Shown: positions 25,360-39,280 of the stretch, piece by piece
Layout of the letters: each line of letters starts with the position of its first letter
Position numbering within the stretch: position 1 is the stretch's first letter
Origin: Mytilus californianus
Taxonomy: Eukaryota
Direction of reading: 5' to 3'
Assembly: GCF_021869535.1 (NCBI RefSeq)
Contig: NW_026262723.1
Coordinates: forward strand, 32,054,001 to 32,118,000
DNA length: 64,000 nt
Made by a program: the position numbers and the translations under genes
Notes under the pieces: model-generated
What the model was told of the DNA's origin: nothing
What the model saw: only the letters and a program-made list of their open reading frames with translations
Database searches by the model: none

Positions 25360-25401
25360 CGCCAGACGCGCGTTTCGCCTACAAATAAATTATCAGTGAC
25401 G
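25360..25401 (-). ncRNA. Type I hammerhead, mutated
   Basis: Core reads CUGAUAA and stem II is disrupted; GAAA CGCGCG UC is retained. Confidence 0.65.
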
Positions 25402-25721
25402 CTCGAATAAAAAAAGTTAAACATGCCAAACAAAGTATGAAGTAAAAGAACATTGATGACCTAAATTTCCTAACAGATTAGCAAAAAAAAAAAAAAAGGT
25501 AATCTATTTCTGGGGCAGAAAAGCCTTAGTATTTCGGAAAATTCAAAATTATGTTAACAGACAATTTATAATTATGACTATATCAATGATAATTCATGTC
25601 AACACAGAAGTGCTGACTAAAGGGCTGGTGATACCTTCGGAAGGAAAAACTCCACCAGCAGTGTCATCAACACAATGATTGTAAATAAACTCAAGATAGA
25701 TACCAGGATTGACATTTTGTA

Positions 25722-25763
25722 CGCCAGACGCGCGTTTCATCTACAAAAGACTCATCAGTGACG
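25722..25763 (-). ncRNA. Type I hammerhead ribozyme, core intact
   Basis: GCGUCA CUGAUGA GUC-UUUUGUA-GAU GAAA CGCGCG UC/UGGCGU. 6-bp stem I, stem II with one G-U pair, palindromic stem III, GUC cleavage triplet. Confidence 0.85.
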
Positions 25764-28685
25764 CTGGAATAAAAAAACGTTAAAAAGGCCAAACCAAGTA
25801 CGAAGTTGAAGAGCATTGATGTGCTGCCGACTGGGCTGGTGACACCGTCGGGGGGGGGGGGGGGAGAGAACTCCACCAGCAGTGGCATCGACCCAGTGGT
25901 TGTAAATAAACTCATCATAAATTACAGCTGGATTTATATACTCTAAAGAATTATGTAAAAAAAACCACGTGGTACATGTGTATATAAAAGCCTACATAAA
26001 TATACACAGTGCCAATGAGTGCGTAGCATCGTCACCTGCTGTAAATATATTTACACAAAAAGGCGACAAGAACATACCAAGGGGGCAATCGAAAACCATT
26101 AGTCAAACAAATACAGACAAAACATGACGAGAACAAAAACGACGAAAAGACAATCACCATACTAGTCTACATAACAAAATACAGAACACTAGATTTGTTT
26201 AGCAATACAAAACCTACCAAACACCGGCGTTAACTCAATAACTCCGTTAAGGTCTACATTGCTGATTGATTTATAGTTGTGCAAACAATCAATGGCGGAT
26301 CCATGAAACCTCAGTTTTTTGTTATTATAATAACAATTATTTCAATTGAATTATAGGAAAGTATTTCCAAAAGCCAGAGTAAGATGCTATGAACATGCTA
26401 CAAAACTGGCATCGAATCACAGAACAACAGAGCAACCAGATTTAATTGTTGATCAACTGGATGACAGCGAAACATTAAGAGTTCATTATAGTGTCATAAA
26501 TGATCTGAGTTAGATAGAAGTTAACTGATGTTATTCAATGTTATGCATAAACTTATTCAAAAACTCAAAAATAATCGTGTGATAAATTGCAGATCAGGTG
26601 AACACAAATTGTAACAAACTTAAACAAAATGTCGGGAAATATTGCTTAACCATGTGAGTCCATCCGTCCTTTCGTCTGTCACACTAAAGATATACATGTT
26701 TGTCTTGTTTATCAAACTTTCATAAAGTTTTTAAGTTAGATATGAACTAGTATGTTATGTAATAATAATTCAAAAATTGTGCATATTGTCAGAATTTAGA
26801 TTTTCTTACAATTTTCCATAAGTGACAAGTTTTTGAACTATATAATTTTTTTTTGCAATATTACGTATTCGGGTTACCGAGTTTGTCCGCCAAACTTAGG
26901 TAGTGTGTAAGTTGGATACAAAATGTTGTATTTTGTCAAGATTTTGATGTACTTCACTTAAAAATGAAAGGTTGTTTAACTTTGTTTTTTTATAATATTA
27001 GGCATGAGGGGTACATTGTTTTCCGGCTAATTACAGTTTTCAAGCTTGAACGTTTATTTGTATATTTGTTCATACCTAAAAGCTAAGCATATTAGCAGGA
27101 ACTTGATTTTCTTAAAATGTGACAGAAATGACAGCCTGAGAATGCTTAACTTGGTCATTTAAGTTAAATTGTGCATGCGGTTTGCATGGGTTGTCATGGC
27201 AGTTCCTCCTACAGTTCTTCAAACTAAAACTTATATAAATGCAGGGTATTCTGGAATATATATCAATAGTGTATAATTTATGAAAATAAAGATTTTCAGA
27301 AAATTTTCAAATTTTGAAAGAATGTTTAATCTTTTCTATAGGTAACTTTTATGTCTTTGAGACACAACCATTTCCAATTGTATTTCAACATCATAGTTTA
27401 CAAAATTCAAAGCTTGTGGCGCTATATTCATGAATACAGCGGAGTATCGTATTTGTCTAGTTTATTCTATGAATCAGATGCTTTAACTTTTTTGGGAGGT
27501 AGTATAGTAGTTTACGGAATGGATGCGCACTTAGGACCTCCTAATAGTATATTTTGAATTCGAGAACAAGAATTGTAAAAACCGTAATCATGGATTAAAA
27601 GGTTTATTAAGAATTCAATATTCGTTATTATGAATTAACACTTGTTTTCAAGATCAAACCTATGATAAAGAATCTGAGGAATTTGTAACTTCATATTTTT
27701 GTAATTCGCGATCACGCATTTTTTATAATACGTGATATCCAGTTAAATTCGTTATCACGAATGTGACAAATCGATAGCACCCAGAAATATCGATTAACAT
27801 TCAGTGAACATTTCTGGAGAAATCGTATTAAGTAGTTTCTAAGGAAATGTCCATTTCGTGAGTCGTATATTTGATTTATTTGATTTTCTTGGTAATATAG
27901 GTTGCACTTTGTAAATACAGCTGTTTCTCAAACCACGCCTCTTTTGGGGAGATATATGATATTCATAGATATGTTATTTTGTTAACGTACTGGTTCCCAT
28001 TTATGATCTCTGTGTTTCATCTATTAGAGACATCACTTGGGAATGTAACCAGTATAGAAAAACATGGTAGCCCCTAAATTTTAATTCTTAGGAGGTCCAA
28101 AAATGGAGGTAAGGGTAGTATATAATTTTAGTATAAGTTTAAACTCTTAGAAGTTCAGAGCATATAAATGTTGAAAATATGCCGCACAGCCCTATATTTT
28201 GACCTTTGAATAAAATAGTAGTGCATATAAACTTTCCGTTCTAGGATATTATTTTTTACGAAACTTCATAGTAAAAGTGTCACAGTTTTAGCCGCAAAGG
28301 GAGTTCCTATGGGAAATTGCATTGCCTATATTTACAGAATTGCAACCTATAGTGGCAACAATAATCAAAGAAACTTTTCAATTATAATATTAATTTTTTT
28401 TAAAGTCATTTTTGAATTCTTCTATTACTTTTTTATGTAAGTAAATGTCTAAATGTCAAAGAACAAGTGTTTGATTGAGGTTCTTTAAAGCGTTGGCTGA
28501 TGACATATAAATTTGAAAACTTCCTTAAATATAAACCACCATTTTCCCTCATATAATAATGAAATCTTTTGTATTAGAAGGCACGCAATGATAACAATTA
28601 TATATCATTCTCATAAATATTAAATGGACATGATCTCAAATGCAACCCATTGGTTGAGAGTATTTGTTGATGTGTTTGATATCAG

Positions 28686-28756
28686 TCATATATAACAAAC
28701 TTCAAGAAGGAGGTCCGAATTCCAGTGACGACAAATACAAATTACAAAAGTTCAAG
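28686..28756 (+). CDS. Possible cytoplasmic-tail exon (SYITNFKKEVRIPVTTNTNYKSS)
   Basis: atcag acceptor and AAG|gtaatt donor, open in phase 0, basic residues follow the TM. A possible terminal exon starts at 31413 with TGA at 31474-31476. Confidence 0.35.
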
Positions 28757-30439
28757 GTAATTTTTTAATTAACTCCATAAGTGAAACAGAAAGCTAATTC
28801 ATACTTAAAGAATTTAAACACACAACGAAATAATTTAAATTTATTTTTGTAGACTTCAAACCAGCGACAGATTAATGAAGCGTTGTTTTATTTTAGTTCC
28901 ACTGAGCTTTTTTTCTACCTTATTTTGCTTTAAAGTTCGTTTGTCTTGTCTTTTTTATAACTATTTACTTTTTAGGACTAAGAGGTTTTGGATATTTGAT
29001 GTTCTTAGCTGAATCATAGTAGGAGTACTGTCGTTTCTATAAATTAAATTACCTAGCACGGTCAAGTCCGTTGATATTAGTTTTATCTGAAACCACCCCT
29101 CGTGGTAGGGTTGTACTTTTGCATCTCAGTAAATTGAGTACTGTAAATAAAGTAAATTTAAGCAAACATATTTTTGGTGAGGGGTGGCGCCACTGTTAAT
29201 TTGTCTGCAAGCTGTTATAAGTTATGCCAATCAAAATAATACAAGGTTTTTAAAGAAATTCACCTACGTCATAAATACATCACTAATGATGCATTTGGTG
29301 AAAATCTTTTTTTAACTGAAAAAAAGGACATTTTGACACTAGTTTTCTCCAAATTTTCAAACATTTTCGCAGTGAACATTTTTCAGATCTTAAGGGCTAA
29401 AATTATAAGTTGGTGAAGCAATTCCTTTTTCTATTCATTCTGTTAATAATTTTAAATATCACTGATAAAAATCGAATACATCTTTTAGAAGTTGATTTAA
29501 GCATTTGATATGTACTAATATTCAATATCTTCATAAAAATTTGATTTTATGTAAAGAAAGTTTGAAACTTTCATTCATAAATTGTTTCTGTGTTCATAAT
29601 TTTGATATGATCACTCCGAGTAAATTATTGTGACATAATATCTACTTATACTGATCAAAGTTCATACTGCAATACTACATTGATCTTGTTCTAACCAGTG
29701 CAGTTGTGAAAATATATTTTTGTATCAATTTCTCCACGACCAAATGCGTTGATGTTAATATGCACCATATTAACAAATGAGTGTGCTCCATCATTTTTCC
29801 CCAGTTTCATAAAAAAAATGTTTCTTAACAAATCATAATAAGCAAAATTTAACCAAAAATATTTTGAAAACACTTAAAAATAAGCATAACTATTTAATTC
29901 CAAGGTATATTCATGAAGTGCATTATAAAATAAGTAGACGGGATTTGATTCCAAATGAAATAAATAACCACAAGTGACCAAATGACGTAGATGTGAGCAA
30001 TTATACGTCACTGTAAAAGGTCGCAAGATAGCAAAATGTAGAACTATTCAAAAGAGGAAACCAACGGCCCGATTCAAGTACAAAACAGCAAACGCAAAAA
30101 TCAATATGATAAACACTGGTTACTAATAAGCACTAATTTCAATTCCTTTTAAGCGCATGCATGTATCGCTAGTGATGAAAGGGACCGTTTCAACCAAGAC
30201 TCTGTTTTATCTGTTTGCGTTGTCTTATACGTGTTTCAGTTTGTCATTTTACATTAACTTGTTCTATATCAGTGTACGGTGTCTAGTTAACCGCGTCAAC
30301 TTATATAATTTCTCAGTATCTCCAAACCCCCCTTTTTTATAAGCAGATCTAAATTGTCTCATTGGTATCTATTTTAAGCCCGCTTGGTACATACCCCACG
30401 CCCCTAAATAATATTGTCACTAGGCTAAAAAAATATCAC

Positions 30440-31150
30440 CAGATTCATAAGTTCATAGACTCATACTCCTTTAAAAGCCAAAATGATAAAAAATACATAT
30501 GGATTTGCACATCTACATATTTTGTCCACAGAATCTACTAATATTCATACAATTTTGTTTTGTGGTTTCAGAGGAGTTCGCTGAAAAACTGTTGCAGTAG
30601 CATTTTTAGGTCAAATATTCTAAGTTCAAAGGGCATAACTCAAAGAAAAAAATTGAATCATAATTCTTGTCGATATGCACATCTACAAAGTAGTTTGATG
30701 AAATTGTGTTGTGTGGTTTCAGAGGAGCTGCGATGACAAACTGTTGCAATAATATATTAAGGTAAAAATTCTAAGTTCAAAAGGCATTACTCACAGAAAA
30801 ATATTGAACCATAATTTCTTGTGGATATGCACATCTACATAGTATGTCCTAATTATCTACAAAGTTTAATGAAATTCTGGTGTTTGGTTTCAGAGGAGTC
30901 GCGATGACAAACTGTTTCAGTAGTAAATTTAGGCCAAAACTCTAAGTTCAAAGGGCATATCTCCAAGAAAATAAATTGAATCACAATTTCCTGTCGATAT
31001 GCACATCAAAAAGTATGTCCTAATGATCTGCAAAGTTTCATGAAATTCTGTTGTGTGCTGTTATAGGAGTTTTGATGACTGACTGACGAACGGACGGACG
31101 AACGGGTCAAAAAAATTATACCCTACGCAACTTTGGTGCGTGGGATTTCT
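30440..31150 (+). mobile_element. Helentron-like element with about 150-175-bp internal tandem repeats
   Basis: gcacatctaca / tggtttcagaggag blocks repeated 3-4 times, a (GACT/GACG)n tract, and 3' hairpin ccctacgca..tgcgtggg. Confidence 0.6.
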
Positions 31151-31664
31151 TAATACATTAGGGCTTGAATTTATATTGATTTTACCAGAGGTACCACTTA
31201 ATGCTAAATATTTTACACGGAGCGTAGCGATATAAAAAATAACGGCATTAAGGACCAACCCGTGGTAAAAACAATATAAATGCAAGCCCCCCCCCCCCCC
31301 CTATGATTTAATTCTATTATAATAAGACAAAGAGGACAATTGTTCTCGAAGCGTTTCATATTCGTGCATTTTCCCGTAGAATGCTTATATTTTTACATCG
31401 TCATTTACACAGTCTGACCGCGTGTAACTCATTTATAAAAAGCATACGACGTGGGAGTATGATTGGAACAGCCTGAGCAAATCATGACGTTGCCGATTAA
31501 CTGACTTCATGATATTTATATTTTACTACGGGTGTGTACTCAAAGCCTTTGAAGAACGTCATGTTAGATTACACGATGTATAAAAAAAAGAAATAACCGT
31601 GTATGGATTGATTGTACTCCAAAAGGTAAGTATTCGTTCTTTTTAAAGAGGAGAACAACTATAT

Positions 31665-33824
31665 AAAAAAAGTTAAATCACAAAAATACTGAACTCCGAG
31701 GAAAATTCAAAACGGAAAGTCCATAATCAGATGGCAAAATCAAAAGCACAAACACATCAAACGAATGGACAACAACTGTGATATTCCTGACTTGGTACAG
31801 GCATTTTCTTATGTAAAAAATGGTGGATTGAACCTGGTTTTATACCGCTAAACCTCTCATTTGTATGACAGTCGCATCAAATTCCATTATATTGACAACG
31901 ATGCGTGAATAAAACTAACAGACATAATAAAAACAAACAAATATTCAACAAAGAAGCACAAATATTTTATTTATATATGCCAAATCAACCCATAAAGAAT
32001 CAAGGGATTTTGAGCACTTGGAGTGAATCGTAATTTTAACATTAACTCTTTCGTAGAATCGCGTGTTTGACGTCAGAATGTAAACGTCAAACAGGTAGAG
32101 ATATAAAATAATTTTGTCGGTCAAAGTATGCAAAAATTATTATAGAGTAATAACAGAAAGGCGGGATGTTTAAAGTACAGAGACACGTCATATGTATCAA
32201 AGAAACATAAAAAGTCACATGGACAAAGCACACAAGTAAAAATGAAAAATAATACAAACAACACAATGACGGGATGCATAAGTACAGAGCCACGTCAAAT
32301 GTATATCACAAAAACACAGACCAAACAGTAAAAGTAATATTAATAAAGACAAATAAAAGAACACTTTAACACGTTATTAAGATGATAAACAGCGTCAGTA
32401 CGCAGAATCTATACTTCAAGACTCTCATGTATTATTTGTGAAGTTGATACGGAATATTTATCCACAAGGTCTTAGTACCTTCCGATGAACTTTTTTTAGC
32501 AACTTTTTTGCTCAGACACTGGTAACGTTTTATAAAGTCTGAGTAAGAGCTGCAAACTCTTGCATGCCGAAAAAGTTGGGAAATGTATATCCCATATGAT
32601 GGTGAAGTTGGTATATTGCTACTAAGGTGGGGGAAATTGATAATTTTAAAATTAAAATCGTCTCGTTTGTCATAGATTCTGGTATTGAGATGACTGTGTA
32701 TGTCATAATTCGAGGTATAAGTCTAAAAATGAGGCGGAGGAAGCCGTGTCTGTTGTTTCTTTAATTTCTAGTTCTGGGGAATATATTAATGGAACCCAAT
32801 CAGAAAAGTTCGGATTGTTAATGGAAAGAACATCATCAATATATCTGAAGGTGAAATTAAATAATCTGGCTTCTTTGATCTTCTTGTTTTTGACAAGTGT
32901 CTGAAGGAACTCCGATTCATATGAAAATAAGAAGAGGTCGACAAGGAGAGGCGCATAGTTCGTTCCCATAGGAATGCCGACAATTTGTTGAAAAAGTCTA
33001 CCTCCAAATTCAACAAAATTATTGTCGATAAGAAACTCCAGTATACTGATCATTTGTTCCTCTGTGTAGCATGTTTTACCCTTTTGTTCGCTTTTAACAA
33101 AAGATGCCTTATGGTATCCCAAAGTAATAAATTTATAGCGTATGCTACCATTTGTATGTTGAAAGGCATTGTGGATTATTTCTTTTAGGCGATTTTTCAA
33201 TTTCACATGGGGAATGGTGGTATACAGTGTTGAAAAGTCAAAAGTTTTGATAGAACTAATTTCAGAAAAAGACCGAAATTTAAAATTATCCAGAAGTTCT
33301 TTAGAATTTTTAAGAATCCACATATGATTAATACCACTACGCGAGTAAACAGTTTCACAGTATTTCTTCTGAAGACCCTCTTTCACTGCGGACAGTATTT
33401 TAGTCAATCTAATGGACAATTCTTTGGTGGAACATGCAGAGAAGCCGGCAATGTACCGTTGTTTGAACAGAATTTTGTGAAGCTTAGGTATCCAATACAA
33501 ACAAGGTAAGTCCTCTGATTTGTTGTTCAATGTTATGTTCATTGAAGCCTTGAAGGACTTATGATTCGCCAAAATCTCAACCTTGTCTTTGTATGTGGGA
33601 TTACCTGAGTGATCATTTATTCCTAATTCTTTTACAAGACATTCATAGTAATACAATTTACATACAAAGACAATATTATTTGAAGCTTTGTCCGCAGAAA
33701 CAACAACATACTTATCATGAAGTGATGATAGACATTTCACAACCTCTTTGTCTCTTGAAATAGACTTTGATCGATCATTCACACAGTTTTTTCAACTTAT
33801 GAATGCGACGTTTTATCAGAGACC
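31665..33824 (-). mobile_element. Penelope-like retroelement, 3' half (RT and 3' tail), decayed
   Basis: ORF 32703-33782 has ADKASNN, YWIPKLHK, FDFSTLYTTIPH, GIPMGTNYAP and FRYIDD. After a +1 shift it continues YDKRDDFNF...YGIYISQL to about 32410. No C-terminal endonuclease. Confidence 0.92.
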
Positions 33825-33860
33825 TACGGAGCCCTGTTGGTCTCACACAGATTATAAAGT

Positions 33861-34420
33861 GTCTTTTAAAGTCCTGCGCTGAAGATGTGTAAAGACTAGC
33901 GCTGGAGATGTAAAGTCTAGCGCTAGAGATGTAAAGTCTAGCGCTGGAGATGTAAAGTCCAGCGCTGAAGATGTAAAGTCTAGCGCTGGAGATGTAAAGT
34001 CAAGCGCTGAAAATGTAAAGTCTAGCGTTGGGGATGTAAAGTCTAGCGTTGGAGATGTGTAAAATCTAGCGCTGGAGATATGCAAAGTCTAGCGCTGGAG
34101 ATGTAAAGTCAAGCGCTGGAGATGTAAAGTCTAGCGCTGGAGATGTAAAATCAAGCGCTGGAGATGTAAAGTCAAGCGCTGGAGATGTAAAATCAAGCGC
34201 TGGAGATGTAAAGTCCAGCGATGAAGATGTAAAGTCAAGCGCTGGAGATATAAAGTCTAGCGCTGGAGATGTAAAGTCAAGCGCTAGAAATGTAAAGTCC
34301 AGCGCTGGAGATGTAAAGTCCAGCGCTGAAGATGTAAAGTCTAGCGCTGAAGATATAAAGTGTAGCACTGAAGATGTAAAGTCAAGCGCTGGAGATGTAA
34401 AGTCTATCGCTAGAAATGTA
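33861..34420 (+). repeat. 21-bp tandem array inside the left TIR (gctggagatgtaaagtctagc)
   Basis: About 26 units visible directly. Confidence 0.95.
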
Positions 34421-34509
34421 AAATCGTGTTTTATAGCGTGTTTGAAATAAGGATGCAAGAAAGGGATCAACTTATTTTTATGTATTTTCACCTTACAGTT
34501 TGTAATAGG

Positions 34510-35716
34510 AAACATATATTTTGTCTTGGCCTTGTGCATGAATGATCAAATAATGGTCCTTCAAAAGTTTTATGACTTTAGTGCCGATCGGAAAACCAAG
34601 ATGGCTGCCACAGCCGGACATGGTTTAATATAGAACCCTATGGAGAAAAATGCAAACAACTTTTACGGAGAAACCGTTTGTCATATTGATTCAAGTTTAT
34701 GCATAAATGATCAGATATTAGTCCTTAATAAATTTACGATTTTGGTGCCGATCAGAAATCCAAGATGGCTGCCACAGATGGACATTTAATATTGAACCAT
34801 ATGGTAGTACATGTAAACTGCTCTTTTTGGTTCACCTGGTCCGAAGGACCATGTGAACTTTTGTCATCATTTTGCGTCCGTCGTCTGTCGTCGTCGTACG
34901 TAAACATCTTCTCTGAAACAAATGGGCCAATTCAAACCAAACTTGGCAGGAATGTTCCATGGGTAGACCTCGTCAAAGATTGTTCATTTGGTGCTGATCC
35001 GTAATCCAAGATGGCCGCCACCGCAGGAATTAGTTTAGCATAGAACCCTATGGGAAAACATAAAAACTGCTCTTTTTCAGATACCTTTTGACATATTGAA
35101 TCCAATATATGTCAGGACTGATCGAATAATTGTCCTTCATAAATTGTATTATTTTGGTGCCGATCGGAAATCCAAGATGGGCGCCACAGTCGAACATAGA
35201 TTAACATAGAACCCTATATATGCATGAATGATCAAATGAAGGTTCTTGATAAATTTTATGATTTTGGTGTCGACTGTAAATCCAAGAGGGCTTCCAGGGT
35301 CAAATACAATTTAACATAGAACCATATAGGAAAAAAAATGTACAAACAACTTTTACAAAGAAACTTTGACATATCGATTCCAGTTTATGGATAAATGATC
35401 AGATAATAGTCACTAATAATTTTAATGAATTCGGTGCTGATTGGAGAACCAAGATGGTCGCCACAGGCCGAGACAGTTTAACAAAGAACCATAAGGGAAA
35501 ACATGTGAACTGCTCTCTTTGAGCATCCGTATGGTACAATGAATCTACTTTATGCAGGAATGATCAAATAATGGTCCTGAATTTGACAATTTTATGATTT
35601 TTATGGCAACTGCAAATCCAACATGGATTCCATGGCCAAATATAGTTTAACATTGAATCCTATAAGAAAAACATACTAACTACTTCTTTAACCAGGCTCG
35701 CTAGAGCCTCTAGTTT
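34510..35716 (+). mobile_element. Helentron-like element(s) with ccaagatgg-containing internal repeats
   Basis: 5' hairpin gttcacctggtcc-gaa-ggaccatgtgaac (34830-34858), a (GTC)n tract, and 3' hairpin ggctc-gcta-gagcc followed by tctagttt. Confidence 0.6.
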
Positions 35717-35759
35717 AAATGCATATATCTCACGAAATTTTTTACCTGGGACCACCAAA

Positions 35760-36600
35760 TTTGGTGCCAATGTAACTTGAGGCATAAGCTTGTCAGTCGG
35801 TCACATATCGGCTGACCTTGATCTCATTTTCATGGTCCAGTGACCAGGGTCAAGTTATCATGATTAGGCCAGTTTCTCAATAACAAGGTATGGTAGGCCA
35901 ATAATAGTTGGAGTGTGAAATTCATTGTTAGGTGTACATGTCAGTCTTACATATGTCAACTGACCTTGACCTCACAAACAAGTTTTTGTGATTATGTCAG
36001 TTTCATCGGCAGTAACTAGGTATGGTAGGTCAATATTTGCTGTATGAATTTGTCATAAGGTGTACATGTCTGTGTAACATGTGTCGACTAGGTCAGTTTG
36101 ACCTCATTGTCGGTGACCAGGGTCAAGTTTTCGTGGTAAGGTTAGACTCTTAGTAACTAGATATGATAGGTCCATAATATGTGGTTTGCGAATGTGTTGT
36201 AAGGTACTGACCTTAAGGTCATTGTCATCGTCCAGTGACCAGGATCAAGTGTCTGTGAATAAGTCAGTTTCTCAGTAATTAGGTATGGTAGGTCAATAAT
36301 ATTTGGTGTGTTAATTCCTTGTAAGGTGTACATGTCGCAGTTTGACAGGTGTCAACTGATACATGTAATGACCTCATTCTCACAATCCATTTACTTTGGT
36401 CAAGTTTTCTTATTTTGATGCATTTAAGGATCCAGTTTTGGATTTCTGATACGCTTACATCTGTGTCCACCTCCATATTAAGGCGAGACATCTTCGTGAG
36501 TCTGTAAAAGTCAAATCCCCAATTCTTTGTGTAAGATGGAGGATTAAATTCCTGTTTTATGATTTTGTCTCGCCTGGATCAAAGTCACTTAAGGCGAGAC
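35760..36600. repeat. Degenerate tandem-structured repeat (gaccttgacctca / gtgaccagggtcaag)
   Basis: Motifs recur 4-5 times, with hairpin tgtctcgcct..aggcgagaca at about 36566-36601. A related piece lies at about 55820-55920. Confidence 0.5.
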
Positions 36601-38141
36601 AAAGGGATTGTTTTTTTATTGTCCCAGTATTTAATTGATCTAATAGGCAATAACACGCGTCTTTCCGCCATCCCCCTCTGTGTTTCTCCTCTGAAGTCCT
36701 TTGGCGATTGGTAAATTTGGTATGGAAGATTTCTCAATGAACAGAAGAATATATTGCATTTGCGTCGTGATTCTTGTTTTTTCTTGCCAAATATCAAACT
36801 TTGTCTTTTTTTTTTGCCAAACAAACCGTTTCCGTGCATGATTCTTCTTTGTAGTCATTTGATGGATTGGTCTGATATTTGGTATGCAAGTTTGTCCTGA
36901 TGAACAGAAAAGAAACTGCTGCAATTTTTAAATTAATTAAACCAACATTTTTAACCCCCTAATGATAATTATCACCCTTCCCTACGGCTATATCTACGTG
37001 CTGAGAGCAACCGTAAAAGTTGTCTCGAAATGGCACGTGCAGAGAGCAGAACTTATCAAGCGAGAGCAGAACTTATCAAGCGATTCTCTAAACGTTTAAA
37101 CAATATATACTACGTCAAAATTTTGATGACATATATATGTTATTTAAAAAATGTTCATTTACACATTTTGATTTCAATTAAAACGAAACTATTTAGAATT
37201 CCCGAATGAAACGTTCTAAAAACTAGCTGGACGTCGTTCTTATCAGTTCTGCTCAACGTTGCAAAAACGAACTCTACCGTTTCTCTATACAAGTATGTAA
37301 AATACCTGTGGAAAATGAAAAAGAAAGATCATTGGTCAATTTTATTAAAATGTAAAGTCATAATATGGATGATGATACAGTTGGTGAACCAGTATTGATA
37401 TGCAAAATAACATCGTGCCGCTTCCCGCACGAGGATAAAAGCTTATGTGAAGGGTTACTGCCAGTCACCCAGCGTCAAAACCGTTGCACTACGAAAAGTG
37501 TATACACAAGTTAATGTAGTCCCAACCAAAAAGATAGATCTAAATATCTAAAAGGAAACATAATTGAGCATGTATGTGCGGTAATATAAGTTGAAATAAA
37601 TTCATTGCATTGAAGTGCAAGGTTTCTAGATTATCAATAAAATAGCCTGTGATTTCAAAAATTGTACCACTTAAAGTCAAAGCAGGCAAAATGATAGGTG
37701 ACTGCAGATCACATTTACATAGCACCAACTTTTAAAATGTTGTAGGTTTGTTCATGTAGGGTGTCATGGATTTGCAACTATTTATATGAGGGACAAGGAG
37801 GAAATTGGACGGCGAAACATGAAGCATTGTTTTCGAAAGTATCTTATGAATAAGACTTGTTTTACCATGGTTAAAGGACATGTCATAATAATATATGTAT
37901 TCGAAAGGGTCTCAAGTCATGATATTCATAACTTTTATCATGCGCTTAAGACACCTCGTGACATGACTTATGATGGTCTTATGATTGTCATAAATGTTAC
38001 ATCACACATTTTTTTATTTGCTCGTGCAACATGCAGATCCAGGATTTCGACAAAAAAGGGGGCCCAAACTAGGCATCGTTTGGAGTGGTATATGCTAAAA
38101 GTCTATACATAATGTATATATATATATATATATATATATAT

Positions 38142-38329
38142 GTAGCTCCATAGGGGGCGAGGCCCTGCCCTCTCCGGCAAAATCCGTCTCTGCATGCAGC
38201 CTTTCTTACTCTTTTTTTGGCGCTGTTTGTTCTTCCGTTTAATCTGCTAAATAGTAAAGATCTTTTATTCTCCACTTCGTCAATTAAAATCCGAATCTCC
38301 TGCGACGTACAATTTGGAATCCTTTTCTT
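38142..38329 (-). pseudogene. Myb/SANT-like DNA-binding domain remnant; second copy about 47045-47233 frameshifted
   Basis: KKRIPNCTSQEIRILIDEVENKRSLLFSRLNGRTNSAKK resembles the R-x-P-N-F...E...L...V-E...L-F start of Harbinger-type Myb/SANT proteins. It ends in an (AT)n tract. Confidence 0.5.
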
Positions 38330-39280
38330 TGTAATGATTAATTTTGATAAATATTTATAATATTTCTTTCTTTATATAGTAGTTCATTAACGTATTTGCA
38401 CGGGCATTTCTTTTAGCGGGTACTCTATGTACCAAATCTTACAAGTATTCCCAATAATATAACACTTCATTACAATAAAACATGAACGCGAAGTTTTAAC
38501 CAAATTTAAACAAATTGTCAACTCAGATTTTAACCCCTCTTCATATATAATTTCATGTATATCGTGTTCATTATACTGAAAAAATATGAAATATTCGTAT
38601 AAGATAAGAATGGTAATAGTTATTATTTTCATAGTTACATGTTTTCATTTTTGACTGTCATTAGAGCATCCTGGTATGACTGTCTTATGACAGCTATGAT
38701 TTACATTCTATGGCATATCATATGATAGTCATGAAATGGTAATAAAATTTGCCTTAAGATGAATCGAAAACCAGCCCCTGGACTTTTTAAGAATCAACAA
38801 AATCAAATGTGTACTTATTTATTTCGTGTAAATAGGTATTTATTTACTGTACAGCAACCGAATTTGGAATCCAGAAAAAATCTACAGGGGCATATTTAGG
38901 AAGTTAACTGAATCAACAGGTGAACTTCGTCTTAGTTCAAATGTTGTGTTAGTGGAGTATATGTTCCATTTCCTTCCTTGAGTGTTGCAGTGTTTTTTCA
39001 TTTTTGTGGTAATTCACGATGTCAAAGAGTGGTGTCGTGTTAAAGGTCTTTTAAATTTAATTAAATATTATTTCTTACCGTTTTATTCCACATAGAAGAT
39101 CTTTTTTTAACCTGCAGTAGTTTCATTTAAAAGGAGAACTTGTATGTGTTCACGTGTGGAATTCATTGGTGGCATTAATATTCTTTCAGGTAGATAATTA
39201 GTCATGCCAAAAAATTTCTTTCGTTGCAATTTTGAAAACATCGCTTGGAGCAAATTACACTGATATCGTCCTTTTTCTTA

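Larger units (their letters stand above)
25322..25918 (-). mobile_element. Non-LTR retrozyme: tandem 362-nt units, each with a type I hammerhead, plus an internally deleted partial unit
   Basis: ataaact.atcatagataccagga...gccagacgcgcgtttc is repeated 362 nt apart, and both copies carry hammerhead motifs on the minus strand. Confidence 0.85.

Noticed and set aside
32700-32710. Selenocysteine TGA in the Penelope-like ORF, as known for some Naiads
   Set aside because: This TGA results from a +1 insertion, and the cysteines in the CKTC region are TGT.
33852-34539. ORFs of repeated ALDFTSP (also 58448-58873)
   Set aside because: Read-through of 21-bp arrays inside the TIRs; a unit divisible by 3 stays open by chance.
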